Positions 1 to 9,106 of a stretch of DNA of 64,000 nt are shown in pieces (position 1 is the stretch's first letter; each line of letters begins with the position of its first letter). The notes under the pieces were generated by a model. That model had not been told where the DNA came from, made no database searches, and worked only from the letters and a program-made list of their open reading frames with translations. Location of the stretch: assembly GCA_016932785.1 (NCBI GenBank), contig JAFGCJ010000003.1, forward strand, positions 40,971-104,970, in the 5' to 3' direction. A program made the translations under genes and the position numbers. The DNA is from Candidatus Dojkabacteria bacterium. GTDB lineage: Bacteria; Patescibacteriota; Dojkabacteria; SC72; JAFGCJ01.

Positions 1-326
1 AGAATGAAGTTGACAACAAGTGCAGCAACAATACAAATGACAAGACCAATCAAAGCATTTGCTATACCCTTCTGTGCCTCTTCAGTCTTTGTCGTATCTC
101 CCGCTGACATCATGTACTTGAATCCATTGTAAACAAGGTAAGCAACAGCAACAACAGCAGCAAGAGTTATTGCAGTATTAAGAAGAATCCTAATCAACTG
201 ATCAAGATTGCTTGCCTTCCCAGGAAGATCTGGCATCCAAGCCTGCGCATAGGCCGCACTAGGAAAAGACATTAATGCTATAACTGCTAATGAGAGCTTT
301 GCAAATACTTTTTTTACCTTGGTCAT
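1..326 (-). CDS. VirB2/TrbC-like (T4SS-pilin-like) small membrane protein, 3' end cut by window edge
   Basis: Not in ORF track because it runs off the window. Manual minus-strand translation from ATG 326..324 gives MTKVKKVFAKLSLAVIALMSFPSAAYAQAWMPDL..., a Sec-type signal peptide (AYA|QA). This is followed by a hydrophobic helix, LVYNGFKYMMSAGDTTKTEEAQKG, and a second helix ALIGLVICIVAALVVNFI. The core matches the three ORFs upstream of it. Confidence 0.6.
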   Translation of the reverse strand, partial: MTKVKKVFAKLSLAVIALMSFPSAAYAQAWMPDLPGKASNLDQLIRILLNTAITLAAVVAVAYLVYNGFKYMMSAGDTTKTEEAQKGIANALIGLVICIVAALVVNFI

Positions 327-463
327 TTTTTTTAATAAAAATTTTATTTATACTTATTATTATCTTATAGTAATGACGGTATTATATATAAATTACCATA
401 TCTACGCAAGTATTTCCATAGTTACCCATCAAACACTATGGGACCTCTAGAGTTGTTACCGTT

Positions 464-835
464 CTACATGTACGGTAACGACAATATTGTAACAACATCA
501 CCAAGACCCAGTCTATTAGTGATAAAGTTAAAGAGAAGTCCTGTAGATACAATAATAATAAGTCCTATCAGCGAATACATGACTGTATCCGTTCCCTCTT
601 TAAACCGCTGAGGATCACCTGTCGCAAAGATAATTTTGAATCCACCATAGATAAGAAACCCCACACAGGCAACCCCAGCTATGGCATAGGCAGAAGTAAT
701 AACAGTCTTTATCATATTTGCAACCCTGGTTGAGTCCTCAGGAATATTCCCACCCCAAGCGCTCGGATCCAAATCACCGATTATCGGGTCAAATGCAAGA
801 ATTTTTTTTGTCATAAAAGCATTAAGCAGACCCAT
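464..835 (-). CDS. VirB2/TrbC-like (T4SS-pilin-like) small membrane protein
   Basis: 123-aa ORF with two hydrophobic helices flanking LIYGGFKIIFATGDPQRFKEG. This is the Y-G-G-x7-(S/T)-G-(D/E)-P loop shared by the paralog array. Family call is from pattern memory, not searched. Confidence 0.6.
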   Translation of the reverse strand: MGLLNAFMTKKILAFDPIIGDLDPSAWGGNIPEDSTRVANMIKTVITSAYAIAGVACVGFLIYGGFKIIFATGDPQRFKEGTDTVMYSLIGLIIIVSTGLLFNFITNRLGLGDVVTILSLPYM

Positions 836-837
836 TT

Positions 838-1131
838 TTATCCATATAAACTAAACCCTAATATTCCACCTACAACCCTTGTCGCAAAGTATGCAAAAAC
901 AACGATGGCCACACCGATACCGGCATTAAGCATTGTATCGGTCGCCTTCTTAATCCTCTCGGGATCCCCAGTACTAGTAAGCCAAAGAAAACCACCATAA
1001 ACAAAATACCCAAATAATGCTACCCCCAGCAATCCATAAACTATTGGCATAACTCTATTAACAATCTCACCAATGTTAGTTATGGTGCTTGGGCTAGTTA
1101 TTGTCGCTGCATGGACTGGACTGGCTAACAC
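838..1131 (-). CDS. VirB2/TrbC-like (T4SS-pilin-like) small membrane protein
   Basis: 97-aa ORF with a GTG start and an in-frame TAG two codons upstream. Core is FVYGGFLWLTSTGDPERIKKA between two hydrophobic helices. Lies 2 nt from the next paralog. Confidence 0.6.
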   Translation of the reverse strand: MLASPVHAATITSPSTITNIGEIVNRVMPIVYGLLGVALFGYFVYGGFLWLTSTGDPERIKKATDTMLNAGIGVAIVVFAYFATRVVGGILGFSLYG

Positions 1132-1158
1132 ATTCTATTCATCAAAATTTATCAATTC

Positions 1159-1521
1159 CTACGGAGCATTTAGACCTACTCCGGTAAGTTCGGAAATGTT
1201 CAGTACATTGAAACCCAAAAATTCTAGAACAAAAACTGAAAGAACAATCAAGGCCAAACCCATTATGGCATTGGTCAATATTTCCCGTCCTTCCATCAGT
1301 TTCTCAGGTTCACCACTGCTTGTCAATAACATAATGCCACCATAAATCATCAGTCCGATGGCTGCAACTCCACCTACTCCAACCCCAATACCCACAAACT
1401 TGTTTACTACTCCCTCAACAGTTGGCGTTACCTGTCCAACAGCCGTGTCAACAGGAGCAGTACTGGTCTGGGCTAATAAACTCACCTTATCTGTTAAGTT
1501 CCAAAACTTTGCAATCATCAT
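1159..1521 (-). CDS. VirB2/TrbC-like (T4SS-pilin-like) small membrane protein
   Basis: 120-aa ORF with core MIYGGIMLLTSSGEPEKLMEG between two hydrophobic helices. First gene of the four-paralog run. Confidence 0.6.
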   Translation of the reverse strand: MMIAKFWNLTDKVSLLAQTSTAPVDTAVGQVTPTVEGVVNKFVGIGVGVGGVAAIGLMIYGGIMLLTSSGEPEKLMEGREILTNAIMGLALIVLSVFVLEFLGFNVLNISELTGVGLNAP

Positions 1522-1601
1522 TAATATCCTAAAATTTCGCGTTATTCTACCACTAGACGATAAATTTTTCTATAACTCATAATCCTATAATAGCATACCA
1601 C

Positions 1602-4600
1602 TCAGACCAATGCGTAATCACAAATATTCCTGTAATCACAGAACTTACAAAGCCTACCAGGATTCGGCTCAAACTTCAGCGATCTAATATCCTCTAGGGT
1701 AGCCTTGATTTCTTTAACGGCTTTTTCTTTCAAATTGTCATCTACCAATATATCGATCTTTTTTTGTCCTTCAACATAAAGCAAACTTGCACCGACAACT
1801 GGTTCCTTATAGAGAGCCTCCGCGGCAAGGACATAGATAGCCGGCTGAAGATCTTTCTTTAAGGCTTTGATATCACTAGGAGTTTTTCCTGTTTTATAAT
1901 CTATAATCTCAATTCCCTCATCAGTCTTATCCATACGATCGATTACTCCGGTCACCCAGAAATTACCAAGACTGACCCGGAATCTTTTCTCCAATGCTAT
2001 TGGTAAATCTTTTTTTCTGTAGCACTTCTGGTAAAATTTTTCCAACGACTGTTTACCGGATTCATACCTTCTATCTTCTTGTTTTTGACTCTCATATCCT
2101 GATGACTGCCATTTCTCATCATATATCTTAAGCAGATCCTCAAGAGTAGGCTCGGATGAAACTCCCGGAAGACCACCTTTAAATCTACTCAGCCTATCGT
2201 AAAACTCCCTAAGAGTATTGTGTATTGTCATCCCAAAACTCCTTGCCGCCGACTCAGCGCCAGGAACATTTAGAATATAACGAAAATAGAACTGGTACGG
2301 ACAATTTGTATAGGACGAAATATGAGAATAGCTTAGATTCCTCTCAATATGTGAGATTGCAGTTTTCCTTATGTCAGGAGGAATTTCTACTATCGGCTTT
2401 TCCGAGACAATTGACGTCCTATCCGATAGTGATTTAGAGGGTTCTCCCTTGGACTCAACGACCAGATCAAGATCGTGCAAAAATATACTTTGTTTTTTCT
2501 TCCTAATCCCGTCACCGTAATAGTCCGCGGAAGTCAGGTAAAGACGATCCATAGCTCGAGTCATGCCAACATAGAAGAGACGTCTTTCCTCCTGAACATG
2601 CTCGTCACCCTCAGGAAGAGTTTCCTGAATCAGATCTTCCGGAATCGGTAAAACCTCAGACCTCCTCCTGGTAGGAAACCTGTCACTAACAAGGTTAACC
2701 ATGAACACAACCGGAAACTCGAGACCTTTTGCACCATGTATTGTAGATATGTTAACAGCCTCCGGATTCTCAACATCCAGAGGATCTGCTTGCGGATTCT
2801 CACCAATCTCAAGCGAATACTCCAGATAATCAAGATACTCGTGAACAGTCGCAGAATCACTCTCATTGCTAAATTTCTTGAGAAGCTCAAAGTACTTGCT
2901 GATATTACTTATCTTCCATTCATTCATAGTCGATTCTTCTTTTAGAAAATACTCAAGATATCCGATTCTAGTTACAAGTTCATAAAGAATCTCTCCTACC
3001 GGCCTTAATTCCCTGACCATGGAAAACGCTGCATCCAAAGAATTCATTAGGTCCTTCAACCAATCAATAGATTTCTTATCCAAAAGCTTCTGCGCTAACC
3101 TGGAAATACTTGCAGACTTCCCTGATTTCCCTTTCTTTTCGCCTACCTTGATCCCTAAAAGTTCCTCAACGAGCTCAAAAACTGAGATCCTCTTTTTCCT
3201 CGCCAGTCTTTGTAAATCGACATATTCCCGTGCTGAAATATCACTCATGGGCAACGTCAACACCCTATACATAGAAATATCATCCTTATAATCTACAGAT
3301 AATCTTAGTAGAGCAATCATGTCCTTTATTTCCGGACGCGAATAAAGGCCTTTAGGTCCAGTAAAAGTAAACTGAATTCCATGGTACTTCAGAGATGTGA
3401 TGAAATTCTCCGAATGGTCATTGGCACGAACCAATATTGCAATATCGGAGAGCTTATACTTAGGTTTTTTACCAGAAATAAGAGACTTAATTTCCTTTAC
3501 GACAGATTCTGCTTCCTCAACATCAGACCTAGTATGTATTCTCCTAACGGCATCATCAACTAGCGGGGTCTTTTTATCCAAATCCTCGACCTTGAGTTCC
3601 ATTTGGGAATCGGAGGACGTCTTACTTCTATGTACTTCTGATTTAGTTCCATAATCTATACCCTTTAACTTCTTATCAATCTTCTCGGTAACCTCAAGTC
3701 TATAAGGATTATTTTGCGATATTAGGCTATAGGATTTATCCAGAATTTGTTGGCGACTCCTATAGTTTTCGGTCAGCACAACTTTCTTATAGTCTGGATA
3801 AAACCTCTTAAAATCAAGGATATTTGAGATAGCTGCCCCGCGAAACTTGTAGATAGACTGATCATCGTCACCCACTACAGTTATGTTGCCATTCTTTCCT
3901 GCTAGCAACTTAACAAGTTCGTTTTGTACAAAGTTCGTATCCTGATACTCATCCACTAAATAATACTTAAACTTTTCCCGATAGCGCTTAAGAACCTCGG
4001 GCTTCCCGTGAAAGAGGCGGAGAACTGTTGGAACAAGATCAGAGAACCCCATTCGGGATTCTTGAACTTTCATCTCGCTATACTTCTCATATACATTGGC
4101 AAGTTCAGAATAATCCGCACGCTCATCCTTACTCAGCTTCTTAGCTTTAGCCGAGGCCAAATACTTCCTGTAAGCCTCAGGCCCAATGTTTTCATCTTGT
4201 AATCTAGAGAAATGCTTCAATATTTCATTAATAAACTTGGTCGGATTACCATGCGGCCGGAATCGCTTAAGAGGAAGATCAAAAAGCCTTTCGCGAAAGA
4301 AAACATACTCCTGAGAATTGCTCATCAAGGTGTAGCCGGGATCAAGCCCAATATATATGGCTTCCTGCCTGAGCACTTGATCACAAAACGAATGAAACGT
4401 TGAAATGTGAGTTTCCGTGTAACCATAAGGCATTGCTATATCCACACGTTCTGTCATCTCCTGGGCTGCCTTTTGCGTGAAGGTCAGTGCCAGAATCTCC
4501 TCAGGCTTTGCAAGCTCCCGCTCTACTAGGCTCACAATACGCTGTGTAATAACGTGTGTCTTGCCTGTACCGGCTCCGGCGATGATTAAGAGAGGGCCTT

Positions 4601-4682
4601 TGTCGTGCTGTACAGCCTTTTTTTGGGCGGGATTAAGTTGCGTTTTGGATGTATTGGTTTGAATTTTCGAAGTTTTAGCCAC
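1602..4682 (-). CDS. UvrD/PcrA-type SF1 helicase fused to a C-terminal PD-(D/E)XK (Cas4/AddB-type, 4-Cys) nuclease
   Basis: 1026 aa. Helicase motifs: Walker A AGAGTGKTH, motif II VDEYQDTN, TENYRSRQQIL, TIHGAKGLEFPVVFM, RRLFYVGMTRA. C-terminal nuclease: YTNCPYQFYF (Cys1), VIDRMD...IEIIDYKTGK (D...D/E-x-K), QPAIYVLAA (QxxxY), CKFCDYRNIC (Cys2-4). Confidence 0.88.
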   Translation of the reverse strand: MAKTSKIQTNTSKTQLNPAQKKAVQHDKGPLLIIAGAGTGKTHVITQRIVSLVERELAKPEEILALTFTQKAAQEMTERVDIAMPYGYTETHISTFHSFCDQVLRQEAIYIGLDPGYTLMSNSQEYVFFRERLFDLPLKRFRPHGNPTKFINEILKHFSRLQDENIGPEAYRKYLASAKAKKLSKDERADYSELANVYEKYSEMKVQESRMGFSDLVPTVLRLFHGKPEVLKRYREKFKYYLVDEYQDTNFVQNELVKLLAGKNGNITVVGDDDQSIYKFRGAAISNILDFKRFYPDYKKVVLTENYRSRQQILDKSYSLISQNNPYRLEVTEKIDKKLKGIDYGTKSEVHRSKTSSDSQMELKVEDLDKKTPLVDDAVRRIHTRSDVEEAESVVKEIKSLISGKKPKYKLSDIAILVRANDHSENFITSLKYHGIQFTFTGPKGLYSRPEIKDMIALLRLSVDYKDDISMYRVLTLPMSDISAREYVDLQRLARKKRISVFELVEELLGIKVGEKKGKSGKSASISRLAQKLLDKKSIDWLKDLMNSLDAAFSMVRELRPVGEILYELVTRIGYLEYFLKEESTMNEWKISNISKYFELLKKFSNESDSATVHEYLDYLEYSLEIGENPQADPLDVENPEAVNISTIHGAKGLEFPVVFMVNLVSDRFPTRRRSEVLPIPEDLIQETLPEGDEHVQEERRLFYVGMTRAMDRLYLTSADYYGDGIRKKKQSIFLHDLDLVVESKGEPSKSLSDRTSIVSEKPIVEIPPDIRKTAISHIERNLSYSHISSYTNCPYQFYFRYILNVPGAESAARSFGMTIHNTLREFYDRLSRFKGGLPGVSSEPTLEDLLKIYDEKWQSSGYESQKQEDRRYESGKQSLEKFYQKCYRKKDLPIALEKRFRVSLGNFWVTGVIDRMDKTDEGIEIIDYKTGKTPSDIKALKKDLQPAIYVLAAEALYKEPVVGASLLYVEGQKKIDILVDDNLKEKAVKEIKATLEDIRSLKFEPNPGRLCKFCDYRNICDYALV

Positions 4683-4712
4683 GAGTAGATGATACCACAG
4701 ATGTATGGAAAT

Positions 4713-5030
4713 TTACTCCCTCAGAGACTTTCTCCGCTTCTTGGAATACCTAACCGGGGAGCTGTCTTCAATCGTTATCTGTTCGTGAAGCATCTGCTTT
4801 ATCAAAGATTGATATGGGATATCACGACGATGCGCTATCACCTTCAGACGGTCCAGCATTGAACCAGGAATTCTCATTGTTATACGCTTATCAGAAAGCC
4901 TTAGGTTAGGAAAACTGGCCTTCTGGAGCTTCGAAAAATCAATATACTCTGACGAATCAGCCTCCTCCCAGAATTTTCTCTCGACTGCTTCGTTTTTAAA
5001 TTTTGGGATTCGTTTATGCTTCTTTTTCAT
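4713..5030 (-). CDS. brnA: BrnA-like antitoxin (ribbon-helix-helix type)
   Basis: 105 aa. EAVERKFWEEADSSEYIDFSKL...KRITMRIPGSMLDRLKVIAHRRDIPYQSLIKQMLHEQI matches the BrnA pattern (FWE..DS..Y, then an RHH with IPYQSLIK). Overlaps the upstream toxin gene by 17 nt. Confidence 0.7.
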   Translation of the reverse strand: MKKKHKRIPKFKNEAVERKFWEEADSSEYIDFSKLQKASFPNLRLSDKRITMRIPGSMLDRLKVIAHRRDIPYQSLIKQMLHEQITIEDSSPVRYSKKRRKSLRE

Positions 5031-5310
5031 ACTTTCTCCTTTCTTTCTTGTTAGCTATTCGGGCTGAAATTATTCTTATCTGTTTTACTCTTGTAGTAAA
5101 AACCACAAAAAGAACCCTACCATCAAAACACCTCCCAACAGCAATGTATCTTTTTTCTTTGTCTGAGTGGCCAATATCTTCACTGATTAAAAGATTGCCG
5201 TCCAAAAATACCTCCTCCGAAACGGCCGACGTAATACCATGCTTTACCTGGCTTTTCTGAAGATTTCCCTTGTCCCACTGAAAGCTGGCGTATTTTTGAG
5301 GATCTATCAT
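5014..5310 (-). CDS. brnT: BrnT-like ribonuclease toxin (DUF497 family)
   Basis: The ORF track extends to 5346, but those first 12 codons overlap a near-consensus promoter. Likely start is ATG 5310, giving MIDPQKYASFQWDKGNLQKSQVKHGITSAVSEEVF... (F-x-W-D-x-x-K...KHG-I/V, the BrnT N-terminus). Confidence 0.7.
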   Translation of the reverse strand: MIDPQKYASFQWDKGNLQKSQVKHGITSAVSEEVFLDGNLLISEDIGHSDKEKRYIAVGRCFDGRVLFVVFTTRVKQIRIISARIANKKERRKYEKEA

Positions 5311-5346
5311 TGTACATATTTTATATGTACAGGAGAGGGGTGTCAA
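5311..5346 (-). promoter_or_regulatory. brnTA promoter (TTGACA-17-TAAAAT) overlapped by a perfect 9-bp-arm palindrome
   Basis: Minus strand reads TTGACA (5346..5341), a 17-nt spacer, TAAAAT (5323..5318), 7 nt, then ATG 5310. The palindrome TGTACATAT-ttt-ATATGTACA occupies 5311..5331 and covers the -10 box and the predicted transcription start. Confidence 0.5.
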
Positions 5347-5369
5347 ATTTTTTAATGATGCATACCTAG

Positions 5370-5636
5370 CTAAACCATTTTCTGACGGGAATCTACCCTA
5401 GCCTTGAAAATAGCCGCACCAAAGGCAGCACCGAAGGCCACTATCACCTTGGAGAGAGACTATTCGTAAGGAACACCATCAATTCTACCTAACATCTTTG
5501 AATCAAAGAACGACCCGATCGTTGTCAAGATATAGATCTTCTTGTGCCGAAGAACCATCTCTTTACCTAGAAAAATTGTCACAACAATACAGGGAATCTA
5601 AAAGAAAAGCAGAAGCCACCCAAGATATGGGGCCAT
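5370..5636 (-). pseudogene. decayed small membrane-protein gene (two in-frame TAG stops)
   Basis: One minus-strand frame from ATG 5636 reads MAPYLGWLLLFF*IPCIVVTIFLGKEMVLRHKKIYILTTIGSFFDSKMLGRIDGVPYE*SLSKVIVAFGAAFGAAIFKARVDSRQKMV*. It is hydrophobic and helix-like throughout, and all 89 codons are in the same frame. Confidence 0.35.
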
Positions 5637-5761
5637 TAGTTTTTCAAATCGAACTTAAATTCAATATTTAATACAAGCAGATTAGAGAAGAAATTTAACC
5701 ACAAATTAAAAGAGGGCTTCTCAGCCCCCTTTTCACATCCAACCTACTATGAGTTGGCGGG

Positions 5762-7408
<1,647 letters not shown>

Positions 7409-7471
7409 TTATTAATATTTTAAATTCGGTAACTAGACAAGCCCGCATTGCGGGTACAATTTCGACATAAA

Positions 7472-7774
7472 CTACATTACAGCCAAGATATCAGCCTCAT
7501 CCATTATAAGGTAATCCTCACCGTCGACTTCAATTTCGTCTGGAGAATATTTTTTGAAAACAACCGTATCCCCAATCTTTACATTGAAAGGAATTTTCTT
7601 GCCATCCTCTGTGATCCTTCCTGTACCCAACGCAACTACCTTGCCCTGTTGGGGTTTCTCTTTATCGGCGGTATCCGGAATAATTAGTCCTGATTCTGTT
7701 ACCTCCTCAGCCTCGAGAGGTTTGACTAAAACCTTTCCTCCTAGAGGTTTAACGTTTACCTTAGATGAAGCCAT
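7472..7774 (-). CDS. groS: co-chaperonin GroES (Cpn10)
   Basis: 100 aa. [42 protein letters not shown]..., located directly upstream of groEL. Confidence 0.95.
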   Translation of the reverse strand: [100 protein letters not shown]

Positions 7775-7798
7775 TTTTCTAGTAAATTAACATATTAA

Positions 7799-7825
7799 TT
7801 AGCATTTATCGGGACAGTTTGCTAG
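7799..7825. promoter_or_regulatory. CIRCE-like inverted repeat (TTAGCA-N15-TGCTAg) upstream of groES
   Basis: Sequence is ttagcatttatcgggacagtttgctag. The outer hexamers and spacing match CIRCE (TTAGCACTC-N9-GAGTGCTAA). It sits 6 nt downstream of a consensus -10 box and 25-51 nt upstream of the groES ATG. Confidence 0.55.
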
Positions 7826-7831
7826 TAGCGA

Positions 7832-7860
7832 ATTATATTCATGAGCTCGGGCGCTGTCAA
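7832..7860 (-). promoter_or_regulatory. groES-groEL sigma-70-type promoter
   Basis: Minus strand reads TTGACA (7860..7855), a 17-nt spacer, then TATAAT (7837..7832). Both hexamers are perfect consensus. Confidence 0.65.
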
Positions 7861-7997
7861 GGAATTACTATCTGGTCAATACGTTGCCAAAGATTTGTTC
7901 CCTTAACTAGTGACACTGCATTATTTTTCGTATAAAATACGTTGACAAAGGAAGACACCATTCTTGTCGGTAAAATTTTCATATAAAGTAAACCAAA

Positions 7998-8477
7998 ATG
8001 GCAAGTGAAATTACGACAACAGTAGGAATTGATGAGATCCCTCGTTCATTCCAAACTGAAATAGGTATAGATGCACGCGTTCCAGTTCCAGAAGACAATC
8101 CACATTTACCGTATTGTGACACGATTTCATCGCCAACAGAGGTTGCATTACACGCCCAAACAGGCGAAGGTGGAGCTTTTATTCTTTTCATTGGGTACTC
8201 GCTAGGCGGAGACCCTTTAACGGATTTCTGGCAAAATGACGTTATCGCACAGTTACAACCCAATCTGGAATATACATCCTTTAACGAAGCCTGTTCCTGT
8301 CTGAACAGAAGTAGAGAATTGGGAGTTTTAGCAAGAAACAACAGAGAATTTGTAGTATTTCCGGGATATACGGTTCGTCCTGCAAGACAGGCTGGAGCAT
8401 ACACACTCACAGAATCTCAAGGTCCTTTCCCAATATCTTTGTGGGAGATTACAAAGAGACCTGAAGCTGTAGCCTAA
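7998..8477 (+). CDS. hypothetical protein with atypical composition
   Basis: 159-aa ORF starting at ATG. Chosen over the 143-aa antisense ORF (7979..8410), which is Ser/Leu/Cys-rich and looks like a shadow ORF. No recognisable motif and only 1 Lys in 159 aa. Confidence 0.45.
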   Translation: MASEITTTVGIDEIPRSFQTEIGIDARVPVPEDNPHLPYCDTISSPTEVALHAQTGEGGAFILFIGYSLGGDPLTDFWQNDVIAQLQPNLEYTSFNEACSCLNRSRELGVLARNNREFVVFPGYTVRPARQAGAYTLTESQGPFPISLWEITKRPEAVA

Positions 8478-8505
8478 CAAAAGAAATAGATAATCACAAC
8501 CTCCC

Positions 8506-9060
8506 TTACCGGCAATTCCAGTAACAAAGAAATATCCTATCGCTGATTGCCGATTCTTTCACTGGACCCAAGAATCTTGAATCCATAGAGTTTTTTCTGT
8601 TATCTCCCATCACAAAAACATATCCCTCCGGAACTACAGTTACTGCCATATCTCCACCACAATCCTTTCCAATAAAATCGTCACCAAACAGTGAATGAGA
8701 CTTTTCGAAATGCTCCTTAGACTCCCTGCCACCATTTATATATAGAATCCCTTCTTTGATTTCAAGTTTGTCCCCAGGCAATCCAACGACCCTATGAACA
8801 AAATCTACTCCCCTTTTACTTCTATATACAATAATGTCTCCACGTTCAATCTGATCCAGACTAACTTCCTTTCCCAAGACAAATTCTCCATCACCTAATG
8901 CAGGATCCATGGAATTACCGATCATCTGATGAGGTATTGTTATAGTGACTAATAAAACTAGTCCTCCAAAAATTACACACATCAAAAAAGCAGGAATCCC
9001 TATCACAGCAAGCAACAAGAGAGTCAACTGTTTCTTCTTCTTTTTCATTTTGCCTGGCAA
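8506..9060 (-). CDS. lepB: signal peptidase I
   Basis: 184 aa with an N-terminal TM helix. Box B is GNSMDPAL (catalytic Ser), followed by DFVHRVVGLPGD (Lys box region) and box E GDNRKNSMDSR. Confidence 0.9.
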   Translation of the reverse strand: MPGKMKKKKKQLTLLLLAVIGIPAFLMCVIFGGLVLLVTITIPHQMIGNSMDPALGDGEFVLGKEVSLDQIERGDIIVYRSKRGVDFVHRVVGLPGDKLEIKEGILYINGGRESKEHFEKSHSLFGDDFIGKDCGGDMAVTVVPEGYVFVMGDNRKNSMDSRFLGPVKESAISDRIFLCYWNCR

Positions 9061-9106
9061 AAAATTTAGTTGTTTTATTTACCAAATAATTATACTAAAA
9101 CAACCC

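Noticed and set aside
5370-5636. In-frame TAG codons considered as evidence for stop-codon reassignment.
   Set aside because: groEL (stop at 5762..5764) and sufU (stop at 23786..23788) end at TAG at their expected C-termini. TAG is therefore a genuine stop here, and a pseudogene or chance ORF is more parsimonious.
7979-8410. 143-aa minus-strand ORF antisense to 7998..8477.
   Set aside because: It is Ser/Leu/Cys-rich and lacks an upstream promoter or Shine-Dalgarno. The plus-strand ORF is longer and starts at ATG. Neither is secure (see finding).
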